Source: Eledone cirrhosa (taxonomy: Eukaryota). Taken from it: a stretch of 64,000 nucleotides of DNA. The stretch's first letter is position 1, and each line of letters begins with the position of its first letter. The translations under genes and the position numbers were made by a program. The DNA is taken from positions 48,608,001 to 48,672,000 of the forward strand of contig OZ024744.1 of assembly GCA_964016885.1 (NCBI GenBank), in the 5' to 3' direction. The notes below the pieces were generated by a model, which did not search any database, was not told the origin of the DNA, and was given only the letters and a program-made list of their open reading frames with translations. Positions 1-12,294 of the stretch are shown one piece after another.

Positions 1-222
1 AATTAGTAATTATTTACACAAAACATCATACATATAACATCCGCATATCATCAGGAGTTATAAAAAGAGATTAAGTTTAACCAAATACAAATTATAAGAA
101 GAGGCGTAATATCCAATGTTGCACATTGGCAGCATATAACGAATACGGTGGAAAGTTGTAAGATATTGTGTTTATAGTTTGAGGTAGAAGGCATTACTTC
201 ATCATTATTAATAATACTAAAG

Positions 223-420
223 GGCGGTGGATTGGCAGTATCGGTAGAGGGTCGGACGTCATGCTTTGACGCATAGAGTTACGGCCCTTGGCATTCTGAG
301 TTCAAATCCCGCCGAGGTTAACTTTGCCTTTCATCCTTATGGGGTCGATAAAATAAAGTACCAGTAATGCACTGAGTAATTGCTGGCCTTGTGCCAAAAG
401 TAGAAACAATTATTAATAAT
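223..420 (+). mobile_element. tRNA-derived SINE, family A, with (ATT)n tail
   Basis: A-box-like TGGCAGTATCGG and B-box GAGTTCAAATCC. Conserved middle GCCTTTCATCCTTAYGGGGTCGATAAAATAAAGTACCAG. 3' tail TTGCTGGCCTTGTGCCAAAAGTAGAAACAATTATT. At least 8 copies in the window. Confidence 0.85.
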
Positions 421-542
421 ACTATTATTATTTCTTGTAATTCTTACAAGAATATTCATAAATAATATACATAGAGAGAAGTGTGAAAAGCAGGAAGCGA
501 ATCAAAGTTATTTCAGAGGACGCGGTAATAATTAGTTTTTGC

Positions 543-889
543 GTATTCTCGGATCTTGAATAATCCCCACTAATTAATTTTTCTGAGCACCCCCTGACCC
601 TGCATATTAAATTTTGCTAATTTACCTCCGGCGAAAATTTATTTTAAGTGGTAGCATTCCCGCGACAATTAATTTTCTTTATAGATTAAAAAAACATTAT
701 ATACGGAAAAAACAGTACATTACTAGAAATCCCATAGGTTATAAAATAAATAGGATGGGTTGGGGTCTCAATATGAAAACTAATCGACTAATTCTGGGGT
801 TTTTTTAATTAACGGAGAGAACCTAGAAAAATTAGCGATATCCAACACCCGCTTATTCCCATACCCCTATTATTTGGGACCCGAGTGTA
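543..889. mobile_element. Putative non-autonomous DNA transposon (MITE) with degenerate ~20-bp TIRs
   Basis: Left end TATTCTCGGATCTTGAATAAT resembles the reverse complement of the right end, TACACTCGGGTCCCAAATAAT. TA at both termini. No ORF. Confidence 0.4.
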
Positions 890-928
890 AATGGATATAT
901 ATGTAGGAAACATACTTAATTAGTATAA

Positions 929-1110
929 GGGTCGTGGATTGGCAGTATCAGTAGAGGGTAGACGCCATGCTTTGCAGCATTGAGTTATGGCTCTTTACGG
1001 TCAGAGTTCAAATCCCACCGAGGTTAACTTTGCCTTTCGTGCTTACGGGGTCGATAAAATAAAGTACCAGTAGTGCTAGCCTTGTGCCAATAGTAGAAAC
1101 AATTATTAAT
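929..1110 (+). mobile_element. tRNA-derived SINE, family A
   Basis: Same A/B boxes, middle domain and tail as 223-420. Confidence 0.85.
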
Positions 1111-1118
1111 ACTAGTCC

Positions 1119-1158
<40 letters not shown>

Positions 1159-1494
1159 AGAGAACACAGGCATTGCATGGACATTAAGCAACTTGTTACA
1201 TAACTTCCGAATATATACTACCCTAAGTATTGAGTTCTCTGGTGCGTTATGGTCCATCTGGTTCCTTACCACACTTCATTCGTTATAGAGAGAGAGAGAG
1301 AGAGAGAGAGAGATGTTGACTAATCGGGGTTGCGTACGCAACGCACCAGTCATTGAATAATGACGTAATTCTTTTAAGCACTCAACGTCATGTATTTTCT
1401 TCTAAATATAATTTGTCAGTCAGTGACGAACTATATGTAGCGTAAGGAAAATGCGAAGTTCGGTGTAGAAGTTAAAAAGTCTTTTAGTAACAAA

Positions 1495-1575
1495 GCTGTG
1501 ATACATATTTCAATGGCAATCGTAGCTACGTGAATGTTCAATCATATAAACCGTCGCGCGATTTCATCAGACAGC
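1495..1575 (-). ncRNA. Type I hammerhead ribozyme motif, minus polarity
   Basis: Minus strand reads GCTGT-CTGATGA-AAT...ATT-GAAA-TATGTA-TC^ACAGC. Stem I is GCTGT/ACAGC, the core is intact, and the cleavage triplet is AUC. Confidence 0.7.
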
Positions 1576-1718
1576 CTCTTATGTAATAAGATAACGTTTC
1601 TGAGGCAATCCAACGTAAAGACAAGGGAACGAACAGCAACGATTTTTTTCATATCCGAAGTCCGTTCTCCTGTCTTTAGATTGGATTGCCTCAGAATCGT
1701 AATCTTAATACATAAGAT

Positions 1719-1799
1719 GTTGTCTGATGATATCGCGTGACGGTTTATATGATTGAACATTCACGTAGCTACGATTGCCATTGAAATATGTATCACAGC
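1719..1799 (+). ncRNA. Type I hammerhead ribozyme motif, plus polarity
   Basis: GTTGT-CTGATGA(1724-1730)...ATT-GAAA(1783-1786)-TATGTA-TC^ACAGC. The first pair of stem II is mismatched in this arm. Confidence 0.65.
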
Positions 1800-1830
1800 T
1801 TTGTTAATAAAGTACTTTTTAACATCTAAC

Positions 1831-1930
<100 letters not shown>

Positions 1931-2145
1931 GAACATATGCATTGCATGGACATTAGGCAACTTGTCATATAACTTCCAGGAGTCCCAGAAACTTATCGGA
2001 GATTTTTATCGATTATATCGATTCTAATCAACAAGAGGTCCAGGTTAGTTTTCTACCTTTCTGTATCTATCGTTGTTGTGATATATGTATGTCCACTGCC
2101 TTCGGTCGTTTTTCTTTGTGTCACACTTTTTAACTGTTGTGTTTA

Positions 2146-5100
2146 ACTGTTCGCATTGAAGAAATGATCTAATGCCATTCTCGCCGCTAGCACGTCAGTT
2201 GCAATGCCACTACAAATAGCCTCGTTTAACTTATCTACCAACTCCCCCTCCTTTCTATTGTTCTCTAACGTTACTTTTTTGCTAAACTCTATCGACATTA
2301 CTCTAATCTCTCTTTTGAGAGCCCCCCACCATCTATTGTTGACGACTCCCTCTGTCAACTTTTTCTTAACTAAATTGTTGACCCGGTCCCTGTAAGCCTT
2401 ACGTGCCGGAAATGACATGTTCTGCTTCCAGTAACCAGGTCCTAACCTATGCGTCTTATCTAGGTCGACCATACAGATCACAAACTTGTGATCTGAATTG
2501 GCGACCGTATGTAATTGTGACACCCTATACTATCCTTATCGACTAATCTAATTAGAAACCTAAGTACGATCTAGATGTCCCTAAACGATTTGTCCAGGTC
2601 CACACTGGCGCATTAGGGAAATCTAGTCGGTACCTGTCAGACAGTTGGAACTGGCTGATCAGGTACTTGAGGCTTTTGCACCCTCCGCTCCTATCGGATA
2701 CTCCCACACAGTCCCAGCGTCCCAGCGTGCGTCTAAGATGCCGTTCCAGTCCCCCGCTAACAGTAAAGAGCGAGACGTACCCGGAAAGGCTTCCAGGAGT
2801 CTAAAGAAATCCGGCCGTCCTGCCCCGGTAGAGGCGTGGACGGCCACCAGTCTAAAGGCACCACCTTCGCTATTGTTCACGTCCAGGACCACCAACTTAC
2901 CGTCCGGGTTCCGGAAGATCGACTTAACTCGAGATTCAGGCCTTTCCTAAACAGCACTGCCACCCCACTTCCCATTCCCGGCCGACTCACAGATGCGAAG
3001 ATCTGATAGTCGTTGAAAATGGGGGCTAGTGCGCACGTGTCGGAAATCCTGGTCTCGCTGAAGCCAATTACATCTATTTCTAGAGACCTGAGGACGATCC
3101 CAAGCCTCGAACATTTAAACATCCTACTCTTAATATGGCCATGTTGGCAGGCTAAAAGAGAGAGGAAAGGTTTACTTACCTCCCGGGCTCTTGTGAAGGT
3201 CGGGTGGTTCGACCTCCATAGTTGGTGGGGTTTCTTTGGGGAACCCCTTTAAAAGTCTACTTGAGGCTTTTACACTGGGTGTTCCCACGTCGTTGGGGAA
3301 GCCCTCCTTAATTGTTTTGTAATTGCTTAGTGTCATTCGCACCAGCAAAAGTGTTTGTGGCACCTTGAAGGTGCAGGTGTTAAACGCCTCCCTCTCTTTC
3401 TTTTCTTATTTCGTGTTATGAGGTTCAGTAGTTTTGTGTTCGATTTCCTCACTAACACGAAGTTAGGTGTTGTTGTGGTTATAAGTCGTTGCTGTGTGTG
3501 TTTTCTTTTAGCTGTTTGTGTTAGTGGTAGTGTTGTTGGTGGAGATGGTGTTTGTGTTGACGGTTGTGTTTTTGCGGGGGAGGGTGTTGTAGTATATGTG
3601 TCTGTGTTTGGTGCGAATGTGTCTTTTTTTGTTTGCTGTTTGTGTTGGTGGGTGAGGTTTCTTCTTGTGTTTTCTTTTTTGTTTTGTTTTTTTGGCTTTT
3701 GGTGTTCCTCCTCATCTTCGCTTAGTGATGAAGGGGTTTCTGTGTTTGTGTCAGATGTAAGTGGCAGTGCGTGTATGGATGTGTGTGTGTGTTCGAGAGG
3801 GAGGGGGCAAGAGAGCTTCTTTGGAGTGGCCCCTGGGTGGTCTTGGTTGTCTTTGCAGTTGTTGTTGGTTCTGTTGGTGTTGCTGTTGCAGTTTTTGTTG
3901 TTTCACGATGAGGCCCCGGCGTCGGCAGCAGCGGTGACTTTTGACCCCTTGCATTTTTCAACAGCTGAGGGCAGAAGGCTCGCAAGTGTGTTTTTTCGCC
4001 GCAACTGAAATAGTGCGGCCATCACTTGTAGAGCTTTGGTGGCGGATCTGCTCCGGGGTTTTCTTTATTTCTTCAGGTTTGATATGGAGAAGTATCTCCA
4101 GATCAACCCCGGACCAGTCCTCTCTTCCTGTTCTGGTTACCTCTATTGGGACGGCATCTGACCCGTCCACAATCACGCATCCCAAGAGCCACCACATATC
4201 TAGTCCTGGTGGAATCCTGGGAATGCGGACTCTAATTGTTTTTTTTTTTCCCCATGTGGGAGGGGTACATAATAACCTTGCTTCAAAGCGAGGGCCTCCG
4301 ACTTAAACAACACCGAGATAGAGCCGTATTGTTGACCCCTCGCTACGTACTCTGTATCTCCTCTGATGCACCTCAGCGCAGCCTCGACGTCTGCTTCGGG
4401 AGAGTTTGTGGCTCTTTTCGTCTCAGCTGAGAAGCATCTGAAGACCAGAGTTCTCTTCTCTGCTGCTTCTATGGCCTCTGCCGAGACAGTTAATTTGGCC
4501 CAGGTTTGCTCCTGTTTGATGAGCTTCCATACCTGGACCAATTTTGTTTCCTTGTCTGTCAAGTCCATGTTGAAGCATGGCCTTTTCTTGTTGTTGTCGT
4601 TGGTGTTGTTGTTGTTGTCGTTGTTCTTGTTGGTGTTGTTGCTGTTATCACTGTTGCTGTTATCATTGTTATCTTTGGTGCCGCCGTTGTTGTTGTTCTC
4701 GGTGCAGTTGGTATTGTTGCTGTTGGTGCTGTCGCTGTTATGTTCTGGCTAGTGGTGTTAATTTCGTTGTTATTTTCGTTGATATTGTTGCTGCTGCTAT
4801 TGTTGTTATTGTTGCTATTGTGGTTGTCACTGTTGTTGATATTGTGTCGTTCTTTCTGTTGTTGGTGTTGTCATTATTGCAGTTGTTGTTGATTTTCCTG
4901 TAGTTGTTGCTAGTGCTTTTGTCGTTCTTGTTCACGACTGTTTTTTTTTTACTGTTTTTTGGTAATGTCGCTGTTGCTGCTGTTGTCATTTTTGTTCTCA
5001 CTGTTGTTGGTGCTGGTGTTGGCGATATTGCCTGATGTGGTGTTACATTAAAAAATTGTTGCGGGAGGGACAGCGTTATTAGCCTCAAAGTTTGACTCGC

Positions 5101-5355
5101 TGTCGCAAGACAGCAAAGTCAAAGTTGGAGGGCGTGCCTCCACCATGTTTTTTTTTTTCGATAAAAATGTTCTTTTTAAACACATAAAGTTTAAATAATT
5201 GGGCCAAAAAGCCCAAATATTATGGCGAGTCCTTTCTTGGGGGCTAAGACTAAATAAAGTCTTATTTCCTGTTTGAAACAAAAATATTAATGACAAACGT
5301 ATTTCAAACAGTTGAAAAGAAACAAACTTACAAACGTCCATTCGCTTCAGCGACC
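2146..5355 (-). mobile_element. Tx1-like (L1 clade) non-LTR retrotransposon, lineage 1: 5' UTR, decayed ORF1 and APE endonuclease part of ORF2; 3' part missing
   Basis: ORF1 starts MVEARPP..PPAT (ATG 5146), has an Asn/Thr-rich tract and a decayed knuckle (HMRAFCPQL). ORF2 from ATG 3142 has endonuclease motifs (SETRIS, LLAGDWNGILD, SDHK, GPGYWK). Many frameshifts. Homologous to 28793-34505. Confidence 0.9.
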
Positions 5356-5407
5356 AATAATAATAATAATAATAATTGTTTCTACTTTAGGCACAAGGCC
5401 AGCAATT

Positions 5408-8400
5408 TCTTTATTAACCACAAGGGTTTACATAAAGTAGACATTAAGGACAATACAAGACGGTACAAATGGACATTTCTGCGTGTAAAAAAAAAATTAA
5501 AAAAACAGAGGATGTAATAAAAGAACAATGAAAAATTCCCCAATAGGGGGGAGACTTCCGAGCGCCATTGTGGAGAAAGACCATTAAAAAAAGCCACGGT
5601 GACCCTGACCACCAGGGCAATTGTCCTCTCCCATTTTTCCACCTTCAATTTACAGGCATATACTCAGGCATTCACTCGGGCCATTCTTGCCTCCCTCACC
5701 CATCTTTCAACAAAATGCTGGGAAGAGAGCACTTCCCTCGCTACCCTGATTTTCCTCCTCAAATGAAATTGGAAAATATTTTATCAGGGCATCACCGAAC
5801 AGGTAAGTGCTCGTTTTCAGCCCTTTCGGACGCGTCCACCATACTATCTCTTTCGCCATGGCCACCAGACAGATAAAAACTGCCTGCCCTTCCCGGCTAA
5901 AGGAAGAGGGCGGGGCAATCCTCACGATGGACTCAGCTGATAGTCGGATCCGTTCTACACGCGACAGCAGGTGTTCGACATAAACCCACAAGTCAGCAAT
6001 GCTCGGGCACTGGATGAGTGCATGCAGGACGCTTTCGTCGCCCTGCGCGCATCTCGGACATGCCCGACTGACGGCACCTCCATGCCTGTAGAGTTTATCC
6101 CGAACTGGCAAAGCTCCTCGGTAGCACTGCCAAGCCAGGGTTTTTCTGGAAGTTGTCTATAGGCCCCGGCCCGAAAGTTCTTCCGAAGAGATTGGTTAGT
6201 TGATTTTCGTCGACACCTAGAGTTTCTCCAAGTACGACGTCGCTCTTTCCCTCCACTAATCCTCTATAGAACGCCAAGGTGGAGTTTCCACCGATTACAT
6301 TGCCCGATTGGTCGAGGGCTGTGAGCGCCTGAAGACATTCCAGTCTCCAAACGCTCCCTCTCGGTCTTCGATTCACCCATGACTGCAGCTCCGTCATGGA
6401 GATGAGCTGGGGAAAAACGCGTCTAGCAAACGGCGACCACACCTGATCACCGTCGAGGAAGAGGTGGAGATGTAGCCTGAGCAATTGTCTGCGCATCATT
6501 AGCCACGGCATGCCCAGCCCTCCACGTAGCGGGTGTTGACAGCAGATGGGCCGCCTGACCATCGGAGCGCGTCCCTTCCACAAGAAGCGAAAGAGCAAAC
6601 GCTCCAGCGCAGTCAGGGGAGGCTTAGGACAAGGCACGACGGTCAGGCGGTAGTAGATGACGGACGCGATGTACGCGTTAGCCACCTCCGTTCGACCTTT
6701 CAGGGATAGCTCCCTCTCCGCCCATGGAGTGAGAGAAGCCACCCTGCTCGTCACCTCGTCCCAGTTTGTTTCCGTCTGGAGGTCCGGACCGAACCAGACC
6801 CCTAGCAATTTAACCGGTCCGTCCGTCTAGCGCCTGACGACGCCGTTGGACGGCATGGACCTGCCTCTCCAGGTGCCGAGCTGCAGGCCCACCGACTTTT
6901 CCTGGTTGATCATTGCTCCTGTCACCGCTTCGTATTCTCTTAGTGTAGTGCCGATCGCCTCGATGTGTTTGGCGTTCGACACCACTACGGTGACATCGTC
7001 CGAATATGCTGACACGGATTTTCCGCATCCTAGCTCGCGCGGGACCCCCTCAACGTCTCCAGTTTGTGCAGTAATGGCTCAAGAGTCAATACGTACAAGA
7101 GGGACGAGAGGGGACATCCTTGGCGGACCGAGCGCATGATGTTGAACGGTTCCGAAAGGTGACCGTTCACTCTCACCACAGAGCAGATGTCGCTGTGCAT
7201 GGCAGCGATCCAGCCTCTGAAGACGGGCCCAAAGCTAGCCGCCCTCAGGACTGCCGCCAGAAAACGATGGTCGAACCTATCGAAAGCTTTCGACTGCTCT
7301 AAATTGAAAAAGGACCCACCCGTGCCAGGTTCCCTAGCTACCCTCTCCACGATGTATCGCATGAGGTGGAGGTTGTCGTGGATGGATCTGTCGGGAATGG
7401 CGCATGTCTGCGCCTCTCCTACCAGACCACCAACGACAAGCGCCAACCTCTTTGCTAGCACCTTGGCCAAAATCTTGAACTCTGTGCTTAGAAGAGTTAT
7501 GGGCCTGAAATTATCTATGTTATCCTCCTTGTTCGGATCCTTTTTCAGCAGCGCCACCGCTCCTCGGCTCATAGAGCTGGGAATTCTCCCGTTCTGTTGC
7601 TAGTTGCAGTAGACTTCCGCCAAGAGGCCTCCGAACAAGTCTGGCATCTGTACGTAAAGTTCATAGGGCAGACCATCTAAACCAGGCGATTTACCCCTTG
7701 TGCAGCCAGTCATTGCCTCCCATACTTCAGCTGGTGTTATCTTCTTTTCGCAATACTCCGCCTCAGTGGCCGAGAGCCGCGGCTGTCCGTTGAGGTAGAC
7801 ACTAAAGTCCATCCCTCGATCCGGCCCACCGCTGCCCCGGAACAGCTGAGCGAAGTGTCGCTGAAAAGCTTCACACATTTGCTCGGGATCGAGTAGCATG
7901 CGCCCGTCGTGGTCCACCAAAGACCGGATCGTGGCTTTGTTGCCACGACGCGCCTCCGCCACTCGGGCCCATTGAACGGCTTTCATCTCCTCGTGTCTGA
8001 GAGCACGCATCCTAGCTCTGACAACGCAGCCTTCGGTCTTTGCATTGAAGAATTGGTCAAGGGCCAATTTCGCCGCAAGTACATCGGTCGCGATGCCTTT
8101 GCTAAGCGCCTCGTCTAATTTTCTAACTAGTTCTCCCTCTGCTCTATTTTTCTCTATTGCTAAAGCCTTACTAAACCTAATGGACTCTGTTCTAATCGCT
8201 CTTTTCAGAGCAAACCACCACTTGTTGTTGACGATGGCCCCCGTCAACGCCCGCTTAATTAGTTCGCTAATCCGGTCTCTGTAGGCCTTGCGCGCTGGTA
8301 ATGACGCGTTTAGCTTCCAGTAGCCGGGTCCTTGTCTATGAAGCCTATCTAAGTCAACCACACAGATCAGGAATTTGTGGTCCGTGTAGCTAACTATCTT

Positions 8401-9226
8401 GAATTGTGGACAGCCTATGCTAGACCTATCTATTTGCCTACAAAATACTCTATCTAGATATGATCTGGATGACCCGATACGGTTTGTCCAAGTCCACATT
8501 GGCACATTCGGGAAATCCAATCGGTACCTGTCAGATAGTTCAAAACGCCTGAGCAGGTTGGTGAGGCTCTTGCACCCTCCTCCCCTATCCGCTAATCCCA
8601 CACAGTCCCAGCGTGCATCTAAGATCCCGTTCCAGTCGCCCACTAACACTAAAGAGCGGGACGTTCCAAGAAAGGTCTCCAGACACCGGAAGAAATCAGG
8701 CCGCCCTGCTCCTGTCGGGGCATAGACGGCCACTAGCCTGAAAGCTTGCCCATCTCCGCTGGTCACGTCCAGCACCACCAACTTACCTTCTGGGTCCAGG
8801 AAGTTGGCCAGTATGGCGAGATCCAAACCTCTCTGAAAAAGCACAGCAACTCCTACCCCCGATCCAGGACGGCTGGGAGATGCGTACACATCGTAGCCGC
8901 CGAAGATCGGTATGAAGGCCCGTGCCTTGGAGATTCTGGTCTCGCTGATGGCCACCACATCTATGTTTAGCGACCTGAGATCGTTCAGCAGTGCCCCTGC
9001 TCCAAGACGACCCCAGGCCACGTACATTTATGCTACCTATTCTGAGAGTAGCCATGTTGGCTAGGATAGGAGGAAAACAAGTGAGAGGGGAGAGGTACAA
9101 AAAATTACCTGTGGCTCTTCTTTAGGAAGGGGGTGGGTGATCCATCCCTCCGACCAGTGGTGGGTTTCTCCACGAGAATATCCGTGAATATTCTTTTGGT
9201 AATGTTCCCTCGGTAGTCTCCAATTG
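5408..9226 (-). mobile_element. Tx1-like non-LTR retrotransposon, lineage 2: 5'-truncated, full ORF2 region disrupted by stops and frameshifts
   Basis: Endonuclease (GDWNGILD, YLDR, TDHK). RT (KSPGLDG, NFRPITLL, QSKAFDR, RQGCPLS, YSDD). C-terminal CPRC..H..C zinc motif. 3' UTR ends in AATAAAGAA. Confidence 0.93.
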
Positions 9227-9233
9227 ATCTCTA

Positions 9234-9270
<37 letters not shown>

Positions 9271-9276
9271 TTATAT

Positions 9277-9610
9277 ATGGCTTAGTGGTTGGAGCATCAG
9301 ACTCACAATCATAAAGTTGTGAGTTCGATTCTCGGACCAGGTGATACGTTGTATCCTTGAACAAGACACTTTATTTCACGTGGCTCCAGTTTACTCTGCT
9401 GTAGAAATGAGTTGCGACATTACTGGTGTCAAACTGTATTAACCATAGCCTTTCCCTTGGACAGCATCGGTGATGTGGAGAGGGGAGACTGGTATACATG
9501 GGTGACTGCTGGTCTTCCACAAACAACCTTGCCAGGATTTGTGCCTTGGAAGGAAACTTTCTAGCTCCAAATTCCATGGTCATTTGTGACCAAAGGGGTC
9601 TTTACTTTAC
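9277..9610 (+). mobile_element. tRNA-derived SINE, family B (CORE-like middle domain)
   Basis: TGGCTTAGTGG A box and GAGTTCGATTC B box, followed by CCTTGARCAAGACACTTTATTTCAC...CCAGTTTACTCTGCTGTAGAAATGAG, which resembles the CORE-SINE domain. Confidence 0.75.
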
Positions 9611-9980
9611 CATGTGTACACTAACAATAAAAAAAATCATTTAATGTTCACTACTTATTGCAGTAAAAAAGTCTGTTGATGTGTACATGAAGAAAAAGAA
9701 GAAAACTATGCCAAGAGCCACTCTGTTTTTTATTTCACTCTTTTATTTTATCCCTTCCTGGTTGCTCAAAATGGCTGTTGCATGACTGTGTCCACCCTCT
9801 CCCAGTCTTTAGAATAAGAGCACTATATCCCTGTATGCCATGTTGTAAAAAGTAACTAAAAAGTTTTTGTGTCAGGAAGGCATCTGACTGTAAAATATTA
9901 CCTCAAAACATTCCTTCCAACCTATACCATCATTGAAAATTGGATGTAAAAATGGTGAAAATAATGATGACTATCTTTAT

Positions 9981-10196
9981 TTAACCCTTTAACATTTATA
10001 TTACTCAATATTTACCATTGTATTTTCACAGTAAAGCCTTTATCTTACATAATATCGAATCTATGAGGTTTTGATATTAATTATTTTGAGAACAATACCT
10101 TAACATAAGTATGAATGTCCAGTTTCTGCCAATTTGAACAGAAAGAGGTGAGAGAATTCTGGCCGGATACAGCCAGTTTAAATGCTAAATGGTTAA
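9981..10196. mobile_element. Putative piggyBac-like MITE
   Basis: TTAACCCTTTAACATTTA at the left end and TAAATGCTAAATGGTTAA at the right end form TIRs flanked by TTAA. Confidence 0.55.
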
Positions 10197-10789
10197 TGTT
10201 AATTTTCCCCTGTTAGCAAGGTTTGGATATGTCGTTAAAGTCAATACTTAATTGAAGCTGCTGACTTTTCAGATGGGCTGGGTAGTAGCACATCTTATAG
10301 AGTGTAGTGAGTGCATTTTATCATGGCACCAGAAGTACACTTTATAGTGTGTAGTGTGTGCATGTTATCATTGCACCAGCATTAGAGAGGTTACGCTGTC
10401 TTTGAGACCACTGACAAGTCTTCTCGACACTTTGTTTAGCATAACGTATACTGCTGGATGTCCTTCCTATCACCAACCACATTATAGAGTGTACTGGGTG
10501 TATTTTATCATAACACCATCACTACCACTTTCCAGAGTGTACTGGGTGCATTTTATCTTGACACCAACACAAAAGAGGTTGTCACATTCTTGGTACAGTT
10601 GAAGAGTGTTCTCAACACTTTGTTTCACATGGTTTCTATGGCTTGATGCCCTTCTTATCATTAACCATTTTTTGCATGTTATCATGTCACTAATGTTAGA
10701 GAGATTGTCATGCTCTTGACCCATAAACACACTTATATTAGGGGGTCTGGTGGCATTCATTCCAATAGCTAAAAATGACAGCAATATTG

Positions 10790-11560
10790 TTTAGGCATTT
10801 TAGGATTAGGGTTATAGTTAGGGCTTTGATTGTAATCCCTAAAGCCCTCTACAGAAGGTAATAAGTTACAAAGGACAATGTGCCCTTACTATGTCTGGCT
10901 TTAAGCCTTAACACTGGACTTAGGGATTAGGTTTCATCAGAGGGCACTAAGTTACAAATGCACCCCTGAAAAATATATCTGTGCTGTTTAGATTAAAAGG
11001 GTTTTGGGTTTCCTCTGAAAGCCAACACTAACAATAGTAGTCTTCACATAATAGGGCAAGGTAAGGGTTGTTTAGGATTAGGGTTTATCAAGGTCCTACT
11101 GAGAGCAATAATTGACAAAGCCCACTAGAAAATGTAGCCAATGTGCCCTTAATATGTTGGGCTTTAACCCATAAACATTATGATGTTTGCATTAAAATGG
11201 TTTATGTTTATACTAAAGGGTTACAGCTAGGGTTATGGTTTATTAAAGACCATTACAAAGAACAATAAGTTACAAAGGATCCTAGAAAATGTATCAAATG
11301 TGCCCTTAATATGTCCAGCTTTAACCCCTAAACACTGTGATGTTTACATTAAAGGGTTTATGTTTATATTAAAGGGTTACACCTAGGGTTATGGTTAGGG
11401 TTATGGTTTATTAAAGACCCTACAGAGGGCAATAAGTTACAAAGGCCCCAAGAAAATGTATCAAATGTGCCCTTAATATGTCCGGCTTTAACACCTAAAC
11501 ACTGTGATGTTTACATTAAAGGGGTTGTGTTTATATTAGGGGGCTATAGCTAAGCCCTAA
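10790..11560. repeat. Degenerate ~160-170-bp tandem repeat with embedded TTAGGG-like motifs
   Basis: Recurring blocks AATAAGTTACAAAGG...AATGTGCCCTTAATATGTC..GCTTTAACCC and TAGGGTTATGGTT. Confidence 0.75.
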
Positions 11561-11698
11561 GGAAAATATACAAATGAGAGTGAATCATGATCGGATGTGG
11601 ATGTGATTCTGTGGTGATCTTATTGTTTGTATAGTAAATGTTCTGCCTGCTGGGAGTGTGTGTATGTGTGTATATATATATGTGTGTGTGTATGCATG

Positions 11699-11731
<33 letters not shown>

Positions 11732-12028
11732 GTATGTATGCATGTATATATGCATGTATATATGTATGTATGTGTGTACATATATGATGATGGTGTATAT
11801 AGAGGCGGTGATATGGTGGGGGATGTGTGTGTTTGTATAGTAAACATTCTGCCTGCTGGGCTGATGTGTGTGCGTATGTGTGTGTATATGTGTATGTGTG
11901 TATGTGTGTGTTTATATATATATATTCACACATACATACACACACATATACATGTATACATATATCATTGGTTTAGTTCAAGTTAAGGCAGCCCCCCCCC
12001 CCCACACACACACACCTAGGATCACAGT

Positions 12029-12059
<31 letters not shown>

Positions 12060-12160
12060 TGTGGTGATATGTGTGTATGTCTTTGTATGGTAAACATCCT
12101 GCCTGCTGGGCAGGAGTATATGTGTGTGTATGCATGTATATGTATATATGTGTATATGTG

Positions 12161-12194
<34 letters not shown>

Positions 12195-12229
12195 CATACA
12201 CACGATTTCATATCAAAAACCTTGCAAAA

Positions 12230-12266
<37 letters not shown>

Positions 12267-12294
12267 GGGAGGGTTGTCTGTGTGTGTGTGATGT

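Larger units (their letters stand above)
1466..1829. repeat. ~360-bp fold-back (inverted repeat), probably derived from a PLE pseudo-LTR
   Basis: Arms 1466-~1635 and ~1660-1829 are reverse complements with scattered mismatches. The two mirror-image ORFs 1534-1740(+) and 1542-1760(-) reflect this symmetry. Confidence 0.9.

Noticed and set aside
223-312. tRNA genes at SINE heads (also 9277, 50956 and others)
   Set aside because: A/B boxes are present, but there is no full cloverleaf and each continues into a SINE body and tail.
1534-1760. Paired sense and antisense small ORFs (toxin-antitoxin-like)
   Set aside because: A by-product of the palindrome. There is no coding signature, and the conserved feature is the RNA motif.
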